A stretch of DNA of 64,000 bases, taken from Octopus sinensis (taxonomy: Eukaryota). A program made the translations under genes and the position numbers. The notes under the pieces are model-generated. The model did not search any database. It was not told the DNA's origin and saw only the letters and a program-made list of their open reading frames with translations. Where the stretch lies: NCBI RefSeq assembly GCF_006345805.1, contig NC_043008.1, positions 43,214,001-43,278,000 of the forward strand. The letters run 5' to 3'. Shown piece by piece: positions 1 through 12,727 of this stretch (its first letter is position 1; each line of letters opens with the position of its first letter).

Positions 1-97
1 ACACAAGTAAAAGCGTAAAAAATATTACATTACAATATGTATGCGCCTACAAACACACACTATTCTAATAATGCGTTTGATTTATTCTTTAATTATT

Positions 98-535
98 TTA
101 TTCTTTTATTTGTTCCAGTCATTTGACTGTGGCCATGCTGGAGCACCACCTTTAGTCGAGCAAATCGACCCCCGGACTTCCCATGCCTAGTACTTATTCT
201 ATCGGTCTGTTTTGCCGAACCTTTAAGTTGCAGGGAAGTAAACACACCAGCATCGTTGTGAAGCGATGATGGGGGAACAAACACAAACACACAAACATAT
301 ACACACACATACATATACATACATGCATATATATCATATATATATATATAACGGAAGGTTTACGAAAATAAACAAAAGACGAAGACAGGTGGAGTACAAA
401 CAAACAATTGTATTAGTATGGCGCTCAGGAATAGAAATAGAAAAAGGCTTTTCGAGCCTACGCTCTTCGACAGAAAAAAACAAGGAGAGAAACAAGGAGA
501 GGAAATGCGTGTAGGAGCTAACGATCTATCATGGC

Positions 536-601
<66 letters not shown>

Positions 602-760
602 GACGGGCTTCTTTCAGTTTCCGTCTACCAAATCCATCTACAATGCGTTTGTCAACCCGAAGCTATAGTAGAAGACGCTTACTCAAGGTGCCCCGCAGTG
701 GGACTGAACCCGGAACCATGTGGTTGGTAAGCAAGCTACTTACCACACAGCCACTCCTAT
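98..760 (-). mobile_element. SINE family C copy (tRNA-like head, internal microsatellite, ...GGTGCTCCAGCATGGCC...GACTGAAAC tail), split by a nested Penelope-like fragment
   Basis: Head half at 601-760 (reverse of GTGGCTGTGTGGTAAG...GGTTCCGGGTTCAGTCCCACTGCGG) and tail half at 98-285 match the copies at 1420, 13143 and 56703. Confidence 0.85.
350..540. mobile_element. Repeat fragment, probably a Penelope-like terminal repeat with a degenerate hammerhead-like motif
   Basis: AAGACGAAGACAGGTGG...TGTATTA...TTTCGAGCCTACGCTCTTC...AACAAGGAGAG recurs at 31150-31310 and more weakly at 23870-23990. The minus strand reads CTGTCGAA-GAGC-GTAG-GCTC-GAAA. Confidence 0.55.
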
Positions 761-1419
761 TTGTGTATAAATAATATATACCTGGAGATAATAGGAGTTT
801 AAAAGAACTCAATGCGTAAACATAGAATACAGGCTTTAATCTTTAAAAATTTATTTGTTTAAACGTGGTGATAGTGACCTCGAAGTTTCATCAGTAGTCT
901 CATCTGAACCCGGAACCATATGCATGTGTTATTTTTTAAGCGGGAGTTGGTTAAATATGATGTGGGAAGGTTTATGTCTAATTGTGATTGTTAGAAATTT
1001 AATGATTGCCCTGAGGAAAATTATCTCTTACTTTGTTGTTCGAAGGGGAAATGAAGGGAGCAATATAATTTGGAGGAGGTGGAGAAGAAATAGAGGAGGC
1101 AGATGAGGATAATATAAACGAGGTGGAATTTGAAGAAGAATGGAATAGGCTTAGGAGAGGAAACGGAGAGGAGAAAATATATGAAATGGTAAGAATAGGA
1201 AGAACAGAATGAGAAAGAAGAGAAGGAGAGAGATTGATGAAGTCGAGCGAAATTAATCATTTGTTTGGTTTAATAAAAGACAATTCCATCGACATTATTG
1301 GTGAAGAAGTTCGTACAAGCCATAAGATGCCATTACAAGTGGCCACACAGAATCAGTCATGCGTGAAACTTTTTCTATAGATTAAAGTGGATTAAGAGAT
1401 GAGCGAAATCTATCTATCA

Positions 1420-1785
1420 GTCTTTTATCTTTTGCTTGTTTCGGTCATTAGGCTGCGGCCATGTTGGAGCACCACTTTGGAGAATTGTTCGTCGATGCTT
1501 ATGTTTTCGAGTCTGGTGCTTATTCTATCATATTTTTCACCGAAATGCTAAGTTACGGGAACGTGAACACACCAACATCGGTTGTCAAGCAGTGGTACGA
1601 GACAAATGCACACACACATATGTATGTATCTATGACGGGCTTCTTTCAGTTTCCATCTGCGAAATCCACTCACAAGGCTTTACTCAGCCCGAGGCTATAG
1701 TAGAAGACACTTACTCAGGGTGCCGCGCAGTGGGACTGAACCAGAAACCCTGTGGCTGGGAAGCAAAATTCTTACCACTCACCTA
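1420..1785 (-). mobile_element. SINE family C, near full length
   Basis: Both halves are present around a short (CA)/(TA) core and align with 56703-57110. Confidence 0.85.
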
Positions 1786-1959
1786 AGGCAATACATACAC
1801 ACACACACAAATATATATATATAGACGTATTCACATACACACACACGCGCAAACACACTCACACGCACGCACACACACAGAGCTAAACCTGAATTAAATG
1901 CGGTAGAGAGGAAACAGGAGTAAAGTCTGTCTTGCAATTATGATTGTATGGTCCTGTCA

Positions 1960-2520
1960 GGTCATTATAGTTAGACCCGCCAAAGTACATCATAATTAGC
2001 CTCTCGAAGTACATCATATTTAAATCAATGTAGATGATCATAAGTCCTTCACAGTTAGACAGTCTCAGTTAGACGGTCATGGTTAAGCTTTGATAATTAG
2101 GCCCTGATAGATCATCACAATTAGACTATCATATCCTAGTTAGACCATCGCAGCCAAGCTAGATTGTCAAAGCTAGACCTTCACAGTTAGATAATCACAC
2201 ATAGACCATCAGGAGAGATATGACAGGTTAAACCATCATAGTAGACCATCACAGTTAGATCAAGGTAGGTTATCAAACGAAGACCTCTTCAGTTAGACAA
2301 TCAGTTAAACCATCATAGTTAGACCATCATAGTTGACCATCATAGTTAGACCACCGTAGTTAGACCATCACAGACCAAGGTAGGTTATGAAACCAAGACT
2401 TCTTGAGTTAGACAATCAGTTAGAGCATCATAGACCATCATTGTTAGATCATCAAGGACTCGTTAAATTATCAAAGCTCGACCCTCTTAGGACAGTTCTT
2501 AGACCAGGATATCATTACCA
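1960..2520. repeat. Degenerate 13-15 bp minisatellite (about ATAGTTAGACCATC) with an internal higher-order duplication
   Basis: Many GTTAGAC(C/A)ATCA variants; the block AAGGTAGGTTAT...AGTTAGACAATCAGTTA occurs at about 2262 and 2378. Confidence 0.85.
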
Positions 2521-2939
2521 TAACAACAACAACAACAACAGGTATTTTGTAACATAAGCTAAGAATTATCACAAGAGGCTTATTGCTGCTGCTGCTGCTG
2601 CTGCTGCTGTTGCTCCTACTACAGCTCTTGCAGTTGCTGCCGCTACCTCTGCTGCTTCTATAACGAGAATAGTTAGAGTGGCGGTGGGAGGTGAGCATTA
2701 GAGGTGGTTACATAGTCGTTATACAGTGTTGGTGGTGGTGGCGGTTGCAGTGGTGATGATGATGATGATAATGATGTCGGTGGTTGTGGTAGCGGTCAAT
2801 GTAGCAGTACTTGATGGTGGTCTTGATGGCGGTTGTTTTGACAGTGTAGGTGATAGTGTGGTAGGGTTTATCGTTGTGGACTGCCATGGGTGGATATCGC
2901 TAGCGACGCTGAGGTGGTTGTAGTGCACCTCAGCCATTA

Positions 2940-3230
2940 TTTAGAAACGGTGGTAGTTAATGTGGTAGTGTTAGTGGTGGGAATACAAACTGTAGTAAAT
3001 TGTAGCCTTGTAGATGTTGCAGTGTTGATTGTTGTTGTTGTAGTAGTGATAGTAGTGGTAGTAGTGGTGGAGGTAGTAGTAGTAGTAGAGATAGTAGTAG
3101 TAGTAGTGGTAGTAGTAATAGTAGTAGTAGTAGAAGTAATAGTAGTAGTCGTTGTAGTAGTAGTGGTTGTAGCAGTAGTAGTAGTAGTAGTGTAGTAGTA
3201 GTAGTAGTAGTAGTGTAGTAGTAGTAGTGA

Positions 3231-3265
<35 letters not shown>

Positions 3266-3335
3266 TTCGCGATGGGTGAAATACTACTAAGCATTTCGCC
3301 GGTGCCAGCTCACCACCTTGGTAATAATAATAATG

Positions 3336-3384
<49 letters not shown>

Positions 3385-3413
3385 ATATGATAATAATAAT
3401 AATAATAATAATA

Positions 3414-3452
<39 letters not shown>

Positions 3453-3680
3453 TGATGATAATAATAATAATATAATAATACATAATATGAATAATAATAA
3501 TATCATATAATAATAATAATAATAATAATAATATAATAATAATATAATAATGATATGATATAATAATAATAAGATGATGATGAATATAATAATAATATAA
3601 TAATAATAATAATAATAATAGATAATAATAATAATAATATATAATAATAATAATAATAATAAGATAAGATGATGATGATG

Positions 3681-3756
<76 letters not shown>

Positions 3757-3770
3757 CATAATAATAATAA
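2940..3770. repeat. Compound trinucleotide microsatellite: (GTA/GTG)n then (AAT)n, with a short SINE A remnant near 3270-3320
   Basis: Directly visible. Confidence 0.95.
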
Positions 3771-3919
3771 AGACCACGAACGTTGGCTTTCATGGCTCCT
3801 GATCTTAACTGATTGGAAGTGTTATCATGTACATTGTTTTGTCTTGGTATAAAAGATGGGCTACAGCAAATATTCTGCTCAATATCACAGATTTGCTTAT
3901 CAGTTGTTTAATCTTAACG
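3770..3919. mobile_element. Fragment of an (AAT)n-associated interspersed element
   Basis: 3867-3919 matches 58348-58399 (AAATATTCTGCTCAATAYCACAGATTTGCTT...); both copies abut (AAT)n. Confidence 0.7.
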
Positions 3920-4098
3920 ACAGAAATTTTTTTCTTTAAGTTCTGAGTTCAGATCTTGTCTGAGACTTTTTTGTTTGTCAAACTTCTGGGCGGAGCTGAA
4001 TAATTTCAGATCAAGTACTTGATGTGCTCTGATCAACCTACATAATATCTGACCTTGTATCTTAGAAGCGAATGCAGATTACAGCTCGAGGCTGTGCA

Positions 4099-4445
4099 GG
4101 CGCAATTGTCCAGTGGTTAAGGCAGCGGAATCGCGGTCATAGGATCGCGATTTCGATTCCCAGACTGGCCGTTGTGAGCATTTATTGAGTGAAAACACCT
4201 AAAGCTCTACGAGGCTCCAGCAGCAGGTCGTGATGAACCCTGTTCTACTCTTTCACCACAACTTTCTCTCACTCTTCCTTCATGTTTCTGTTGTACCTGT
4301 ATTTCAAAGGGCCAGCATTGTCACACTACGATAAGGGTACACGTGTCTGCGGAGTGCTCAGCCACTTGTACGTTAATTTCACGAGCAGGCTGTTCCGTTG
4401 ATTGGATCAACTGGAACCCTCGTCGTCGTAACCGACGGAGTTCCG
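4099..4445 (+). mobile_element. SINE family B (tRNA-derived head), near full length
   Basis: A box-like TGTCCAGTGG, B box-like GATTTCGATTCC, tail ...CTCGTCGTCGTAACCGACGGAG; aligns with 28739-29100. Confidence 0.88.
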
Positions 4446-5288
4446 TAATGACAGCTCAAGGCAATTTTGGTTTATATCCTTCGACAGGTTACGTCAAATA
4501 TGTACCAGTCATGTATTCGGTTCGACTTAAACGTCTGCATTCTATTTCCAACGAAGAATTATTTCTCTCTTTGAGCCAAAGTTAAAGAAAAACGCAAAAG
4601 AAACTTTTGATGACCATTCTTACCTTTCAATGAAAAACTCTCCGTTTCACGTTGTCAGTTATATATTGATGTTGATGTTATTGTTGTTCGTGGTTGTAAT
4701 GGTGGCGGTGGTGGTGGTGATGCCATGAGTGGTAGAGTTAAAAGTGGTGGTGGTGGTGGTAGAAAAAACTAATATGTCAACTGTTGTAGTCGTGGTTGGA
4801 ACGGTGTCGTGAGGGACGTGACTGTGTGTAAATGACTAACTATAGTGTTAGTGGTAGGAATGGTGGTGGCGATGGTGGTGGTGGTGATGGTGGTGGTGGT
4901 GGCGGCGGCGGCGATGGTGGTGGTGGTGGCAGTACTGGTTGTGTTATTACTGTTAATATTTTTTTGTAGCGTTTGTTTTTAATTAGTTCCCCATTCAAAT
5001 TTTATAAAGTGTCGTTCCTAATTCAATTCCTTCACCAAATTACCAGAATCACTAAAAAGAGCGCCTGCAGAGTTTCAAAATAATAATAGCTATAGCATGA
5101 TCATCATCATCATCATCACCATCAACATCATCGTCGTCGTCGTCATCGTCACTATCATCATCATCATCATCATCACTACCAAGGCCGACGACCCCATCAT
5201 AAGCAGTAACTGCAAAAGCGGAAGCGGTGGCTGGTTGGCAGAGCTGACGGAAGCTGATGCTAGTTGTGCGACTGGTGGTGTTGCGGAG

Positions 5289-5375
5289 CTAGTGGTGGCG
5301 GGGCTGGTGGTGGCGGGGCTGGTGGTGGCGGGGCTGGTGGTGGCGGGGCTGGTGGTGGCGGGGCTGGTGGTGGCA
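5289..5375. repeat. 15-bp GC-rich minisatellite (GGTGGTGGCGGGGCT), about 5 copies
   Basis: Perfect tandem units visible. Confidence 0.95.
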
Positions 5376-5924
5376 GCCGGTGTGTTTGCAATTGTGTGTG
5401 TTTGTATCCGTTGTGTGTGTTTTTCTCTGTGTGTGTTTGTCTATATGTGTATACACTTTAATATACATAAATACAATCACACACAATACAGTGTCAAAAT
5501 TGTTATGAGTACTAATTGGCAACTGACGAAGGGATCCGACTTGTGCACATACGTCTGTGTTGTCTTTTACCTTCATTTGTAAAATCTTCTGATATTTCTA
5601 TTATATTTTACATACATTTTTGCAATACATACACGCATGCAAATATACGTACGTTCGTATGTATGTACATACGACAGGCTTCTTTCAGTTTCCGTCTAGT
5701 GATTTAAGCGCAAGATGCCAGATAGTGGGATTGAACTCAAAACCAATATAGCTTCGAAACAAGCGTCTTAAAGGTACCACTCATTGCCTCCGATAGAACG
5801 AAAAGTATACGAAAGCTATACACACATACATACATGTGCGCACACACGCACACCCATACATATCTACGCATACACGTTCTGTGTCTATATACATATGTAT
5901 GTGTGAGTATACGGATATGTCTGT

Positions 5925-6385
<461 letters not shown>

Positions 6386-6589
6386 TAGTGACTGTCTTTA
6401 ATTTAAACTGTCTATTAATCACACCACTACCACCACCACCACCACCACCACCGCTACCTCTATTCGTACTGCTACATCAATCAGAGCTATTAACAACAAC
6501 ACCGACTCCGAATCTAAGCATTTCTATAATCTTTTCTTTCCTACCACAGACACAGCTACCGCATCACTAATACTACAGCCGCTACTGTG

Positions 6590-6766
6590 ACAACCATAAC
6601 TACTACAATGTCTACTACTACTACTACTACTACTACTAATACTACCACCATGGCTACTACTACTACTACTACTACCATACTACTACTACTACTACTACTA
6701 ATACTACTATTACTACTACTACTACTACTACTACTACTATTACTACTGCTGCTGCTGCTGCTGCTG

Positions 6767-6802
<36 letters not shown>

Positions 6803-6808
6803 ATACTT

Positions 6809-6848
<40 letters not shown>

Positions 6849-6850
6849 CT
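6590..6850. repeat. (TAC)n microsatellite
   Basis: Directly visible. Confidence 0.95.
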
Positions 6851-7169
6851 GCGTTATTATCAAGCTGACTACCAAAATATTACTTCGACAACCAGAATTA
6901 CCAGGCTTAAAGAAAATAAAATACTGGGGGGTCGATGTGCTCGGTTAAAAAATTATCCAAGGTGTTGCTCTAGCATGGGCGCAGTCTAATGACTGAAAGA
7001 AGCAAAACATGAAAAGATAAAGAAAGCCAGCTAGAAGCACAAGTGTCACAGCCACATCGACCAGAACTACAATAGACACCACCTTCTACAACACAACGCC
7101 ACCTTACGGAGACAACAGTCTGTCCATAATGGCCTTCATAATCTGGTGTCGTTTAACAGCAAGGGTCTC

Positions 7170-7402
7170 TGATCGGGACCCCATTGATTCCTATTTTCCT
7201 CTACTGGACCCTCCCTAGCCATTCTGTTTTAAAATTCCTATTTTTGGAATGAAAATTATTCGGAATTGATTTAAAAGATTGTTAAATTATTTTGTGTATC
7301 ACAGAAGTAAAACAAATTTACTGCACCTAAATTTTAATAACAAAATCTTATGTGGAACCTCAAAGGCCATATAGCCATATAGATCCCAGTTGAGAACCAC
7401 TA
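7170..7402. mobile_element. hAT-type MITE fragment (right end)
   Basis: Ends in GTTGAGAACCACTA, a typical hAT/Charlie terminus; internal similarity to the reverse of 28140-28200. Confidence 0.5.
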
Positions 7403-7429
7403 GAGTAGATCTATAAGGATAGGCTGTCC

Positions 7430-7960
7430 AATCGCGACCATCCCATCCTCTCTTTTTTTCCCAACATAGGTTTACTTTATCGTGTCCTCTTATTTCAAGT
7501 CAGTAACGTGTAATATGTAGGATATTTAGCTGCTATTTCTAAACAAAGTGTATTGCGGAGAGAATGGTAAAGCACTGCACACACAGTTGATAATGTAGAT
7601 AGCTGCTATATACTGGGGTTCAGAAAATCGATTAGTCAATCCTCCTTTCCAGAGAACCTAGCCAATAATATAGGATATTGGCTCCTATATCCTTGATATA
7701 GGAGTCAATGAGAAAACTTCTAAGTGGTCCTTCTATTTGCTAGAACGTGCAGTCAAACCCCCTTCTCAAATCAGACTCTATAGGCTTAAATTGATGAGAA
7801 TTTATTAAATGTTTGGCGATGCTATAAAAAAGGGCAGGATGGTCACGGATTGAACACCTTTGATCATACGGGATAGGGTTGACCTAACGTTAAAAAACAT
7901 ACTAGCAAGAAATCTCTACATGGTCATCCGGCATGCTAGAAATAGCAGCTGCAACTCCAT
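7430..7960. repeat. Cluster of decayed copies of old repeat family D
   Basis: Motifs GGATGGTCACGG..., ...TTTGATCATAGG..., and GATTTAGCTGCTATTTCTAGC recur near 21470, 27230, 27620, 29110-29345, 38260, 39270, 43870, 51680-51810, 53620 and 55385. Confidence 0.6.
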
Positions 7961-9006
7961 TACACTGTCTTATGTATTGTTGACTTTGATGCAGTTTCCC
8001 TGCAATCAGAGGCGATGCTCAGGCCTGAATTGTTTAATTAAGTAATTATAAATATAATTATAAATAAATCATATTTCTCCTGACTGCCACACACTTATAC
8101 ATTCATTATATGACCACTCCTAAAGGGCTGACCTAGGGTTAAACAACAAGAACAATTAACATTGAATTAGATCAAACGCCCTTCTTTTTAAAAATACTTT
8201 AGGTCGTGAGAATCCCACTTATAAGGTTAATTTAGGATTTTGGTTAAATCCTGGAAAATACGGTGAAATAAATGAATGACACAGTTTAGACCCCTGTCTA
8301 ATTTGTATTTATTTTGTGGTTTTGCGGGATCAAGAGGCCCTGGACGTTATGTCCATCTCACACGTGTTACATCTGCACCCACCACCTTCCCAAAAGCGCA
8401 TGCGCGTGTGTGTAGCTGCTTATGTGACATTGTCAGTATGGCGGATACAAGAAGAATCACACGAAGCAACGTCTTCCCATGTATTTCGTTAATATATTAT
8501 TTATCACTAATATACTGATGGCGGGGCGGATTATGTATGAATTAATAAACAGCTCATACGTGTTTAGAGAAGATATGAAACTAGAGCCAAACGGGTGTGT
8601 TTCTTTTTTAGCAGCTGAGGTTATCAACTGAACTAGTTTCACACTCATTTTACAATTCATCAAGACATTTCTCTCTCGTTATGTCTCCCAAACTGTCGAT
8701 GATAATGGCGGATATACAAACAACACTTGTGACTGATTTACATAATGGTACAAGTTTAATGGTTGGACAATAATTATGTACAGTATTAATAGAATGTGCC
8801 GTGAATATACAAATATAACTGGTTTCCGTCCGCGCCATGTATATATGTTGTCTTGTGAAAGTAAACACACGAAGCCTAATTTCTTTAATTAAATTAAGTT
8901 TATCGGCAAAACACTAGAATAATCCTCCGGAGTTTTTTTGTTTTTTATACATTTACAACTTCAGGAAAATTCATTAAAATTTTATGGTTTCTACAAGATA
9001 ATATGA

Positions 9007-9340
9007 AATATTTAAAACCAAACGCTGGCCAGTGGCATAATTAGATGTTTTTTATGCACAAATTGTGGAGTGAAATAGCGACGATAATAGCAAATAAAGA
9101 AGGCTGTAATACTGTTGCTAATTTGTTTAATATTTAACCCAAACGCTGGTCAGTGGCATAATTAGTGGATGTGTTGATGTGAAAAAATGAGGAGATAAAT
9201 AGCAACAACAATAACAACAATAAAAGCCAAAAAGAAAAAAAAAACAAGGCTCTGATATTGTTGCTAATTCTGTTTAATATTTTAAACCGAACGCTGGTCA
9301 GTGAGATAATTAGTGGATGTATTAATGCAAAAATTGAAGG
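9007..9340. repeat. Three imperfect tandem copies of a 120-150 bp unit
   Basis: AATATTT..AACCAAACGCTGGYCAGTG..ATAATTAG starts at about 9007, 9129 and 9276. Confidence 0.85.
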
Positions 9341-9759
9341 GGAAAACCGCAACCACGATAGTAAACCAACAAGGTTCTCGGATTGTTGTTTTATATTTTC
9401 TTGTCCGAAACGTTTTGTGTATCAAGAGACTTTATCCTTCACTATGGAACCCAGCAATCACAGAGAATACAATCGTTTCCTTTAATCTCGAATAACTAAA
9501 AATCAAGATCGAACTCATCAATATATTCAGTAGATTGATGATGCAGTTATCTGAACAATCTATGTTGCGGATCTGCATACTATCATGAATTCCTTTGAGT
9601 AGATGCAAAGAGGAAATTAGCTCCGAAATTGAATCCGAGCAAACCAAATGCATTAAAGTCCATTCATGCAATCCTCACTCATTATTCACATACGTGATGC
9701 GATAATTACATTAAACAATTACACCCTGGAGAAATCGACAAGCTTCGTTTACCTTCCTA

Positions 9760-10090
9760 ACCAAATTCCAATAAAAGCAAACATCGCTGAAGAGATTTCA
9801 CAGAAGAAGAAGATTGCCAAGTAAACCACACCTTGGTGGAATGGAACGTTGCGATATTCGCATAACGCAAACAAGATATCTTGTAGAAATAAGTCAGTGG
9901 ATATCCTGTGGAGATCTCTGAATTTCTTGACACAAAGAGGTCGCGAAACTTGAATGATTCTGCTAGAATTCCCTGAAAGGAAACCAGAATATCACATGAT
10001 GGTATAGAAGAACGGTGAAGGTGGACTGTGCGGCTTTAGAATCTCCGAGATCTTTGAGGTTCTTAAATGCTGCCTTCTGAGAAAGTCTAG
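9760..10090 (-). mobile_element. Decayed Ty3/Gypsy integrase fragment
   Basis: Minus-strand frames give ...FREF/LAESFKFR... and DILFALCEYRNVPFHQG..LAIFF, resembling the integrase motifs (S)xEFxxFxxxxG and DxxxALLxYRNTP..G.SPA.L.FGR; frameshifted. Confidence 0.5.
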
Positions 10091-10339
10091 ATGTTTTGCA
10101 TTGTACGATGCATTTCTGTAGTGTACACTTGCACGCATACATACACACACACACACACTCGCACGCACGCACACACATGCATACATCATACACACATGAT
10201 GGGACTTCATGACGAACGCATGCAGCCAGTTCCCGATTCGCTTTGAGGCTGTGGTAAAAACTGCGGCTGGCTGCTTCATGCATAGACATATAAATATAAA
10301 TTAGTTTGTGTTCCGAAGATATGATGCTTATAGTTATTT

Positions 10340-10826
10340 GCTTAGCCAAATGCGAACTCGAAACACGGTGTCCACGCTAAATTGGACAATTCTTTTATGC
10401 CTGAGGGTCGAATTCTCGATACCCCTTACGACATTCCCGGAGGTGACACTCGTAGCAGGTCTTCCAGATCGCTCTTCATCTTCCAGGGATGCTCTTCCGC
10501 TTTTGAAGCGCCCTTGCCTCTCGTACGATCCATTGTCGCGTCGCCGTAAGCTTGCCGAAGCATGCTCAATGTCTCTGTAGCAGACTTCCAAAGTTTAATA
10601 CAATATTTCACATTGGATCTTTGTTTTTGTCCATGACAAAATCACAGACTGCAGCATATACGTGGCCACCAAAAACACTTCATAACTCGCCAAGTAAACA
10701 CAGCGGCGTTACTCAACACACTGCCTCATGAAGGCCACTGCTATCTCTCATTGTGCACGCAACCGTGTGCTGCCATCTACTGGCGCACTACAGAATTAGT
10801 CCAGGACATTTTTTATACCACCTTCC
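10340..10826 (-). mobile_element. Mariner transposon, 5' portion (TIR plus N-terminal transposase), frameshifted
   Basis: KYCIKLWKSATETLSMLRQAYGD and RFKSGRASLEDEERSGRP are mariner HTH-region motifs; TIR at 10798-10826 followed by TA; homologous to 44850-45210. Confidence 0.9.
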
Positions 10827-11039
10827 TATATATTATACTAGTATTTATAAGCTAACTTTAAAATTATCTTTAATGGCTAATTTTGAAATTTCTGAAAGCT
10901 TTGTGTTACAAAATCTGCTTGTGGATATTTCCATTTCATTTTCACAATTCCTGCAAAATTTGATATGAGTTTAGTCACGTGTGTGTATATATATATGTAT
11001 GTGTGTGTGTGTGCGTGTGAGTGTGTGTGTAAGTATATA

Positions 11040-11200
11040 TTTCTTTATTGCCTACAAGGGGCTAAACACAGAGGGGACAAACAAGGACAGACAAAGAAAT
11101 TAAGTCGATTACATCAACCCCAGTGCGTAACTGGTACTTTATTTATCGATCCAGAAAGGACGAAAGGCAGAGTCAAAATTCGAGTCACAAGTTATTGACC
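11040..11200 (-). mobile_element. SINE family A, 3' part
   Basis: Reverse match to the 20880-21030 and 50650-50790 copies. Confidence 0.85.
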
Positions 11201-11419
11201 ACCCCCGAGCTATAATATAAAACACTTGATCAATGGACAACCCCGTAATAACGAAGCACGAATTTCGTAGCGAACTTTCAACCGGACAGCTCTTCCTTCA
11301 CCGCTGTCATATTGGCCCACGATCCATTTAGCTGGATCACCATATTGTTGTTGGAAAAAAGAAAGCATAAATAAATCTTGGCAGCGGGTAGTTTTGTAAT
11401 AAGTGCGCATGCGTTGTTG

Positions 11420-11427
11420 CTAGATGC

Positions 11428-11472
<45 letters not shown>

Positions 11473-11512
11473 CTCATCTCTCATCTTTCCTCCTCTCTCA
11501 TCTCCTCTTTTC

Positions 11513-11565
<53 letters not shown>
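11420..11565. repeat. (CT)n polypyrimidine tract
   Basis: Directly visible. Confidence 0.95.
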
Positions 11566-11567
<2 letters not shown>

Positions 11568-12145
11568 ATGGTCGTAAAATTGACCGCAGAGTAGGAAGAG
11601 AGTGTAAATATAACAGATCGATAAGAAACATGGTAAAATTCAAGTTTCTCTTTGATGGCATGTCACCAAAAAATGTTGATAACAGAACGGAAATATGATG
11701 GTCTGCGTATTGTTTATCTTTTTTTATTTTACTTATTCCAAGAACTGAATGGGGTGTGTAAGGGGTGGGTTTGGTGGTTGGTGTATTGGCTTGTTTGTAA
11801 AGTGAAGAATAAATGAATATTCAATACTGGTTACATATATACACATCGATACATATATACATACATACAAGCATACACAAACACGCATATATATATGTAT
11901 ATATATATATATACACACATACATACATATATATATATGTATGTATTTATGTATGTATAGACATGTATGTATGTATGCGTGTCTATATATTTATATATAT
12001 ACAGATATATATACATGTCTATACTTATATAAATACATACATGTATATATATATTTTTTCCGAATTCTGTGAATGTGTAACGAATAATATATCAGTGCGT
12101 ACTTATATATACAATATATATATATTATGACTACACACAACACAC

Positions 12146-12190
<45 letters not shown>

Positions 12191-12260
12191 ATATAATATA
12201 TATATTATATATATATATATAATTTATAATATAATATATACTATATATATATATATATAT

Positions 12261-12304
<44 letters not shown>

Positions 12305-12325
12305 GTTTGTGTTGTTGTTTTTCAG

Positions 12326-12529
12326 AGTCTTTACAAGCCAGTTATGCAAAAGAGACATTTGCAAGAGAGGAAATAGAGATTTAAGGAAATGGATGGTGAA
12401 GAGTTCAGAAGACAGGAATATTGCCAAAAGAACGACTGGTTGCAGAAGATAATCTCTCCTAAAGCACTGATATGGTGGGCATGGGCAGTGTGGCCGGGCC
12501 TGGAGATTAATATGTCAGTCCATATATGG
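12326..12529 (+). other. Candidate 204-nt exon (coding status unclear)
   Basis: Acceptor GTTGTTGTTTTTCAG| and donor TGG|GTGAGT bracket complex sequence isolated between AT microsatellites; every frame has at least one stop. Confidence 0.35.
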
Positions 12530-12658
12530 GTGAGTGCGTTATTTTCTGTGTGTGTTTTGTCTCTATGTGTTCATAAATGTCGTCAATGCATATATACATA
12601 CATCCAACATACATACATACATCCATACATACATACATACCTACATACATACATACAG

Positions 12659-12727
<69 letters not shown>

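Noticed and set aside
1060-1195. Acidic peptide EEIEEADEDNINEVEFEEEW ending at ATG|GTAAGA
   Set aside because: Purine-rich low-complexity sequence; there is an in-frame stop after the nearest acceptor.
4099-4175. tRNA-like sequences with A and B boxes (also 28739, 52264, 56703)
   Set aside because: They are SINE heads followed by SINE bodies; no complete cloverleaf is evident, so they are not called tRNA genes.
9007-9340. CRISPR-like repeat-spacer pattern
   Set aside because: Eukaryotic context, imperfect long units, homologous spacers, no cas genes.
9753-9972. Host transmembrane or phosphodiesterase exon (YRNVPFH)
   Set aside because: It lacks the PDE HN motif and fits a decayed Gypsy integrase better.
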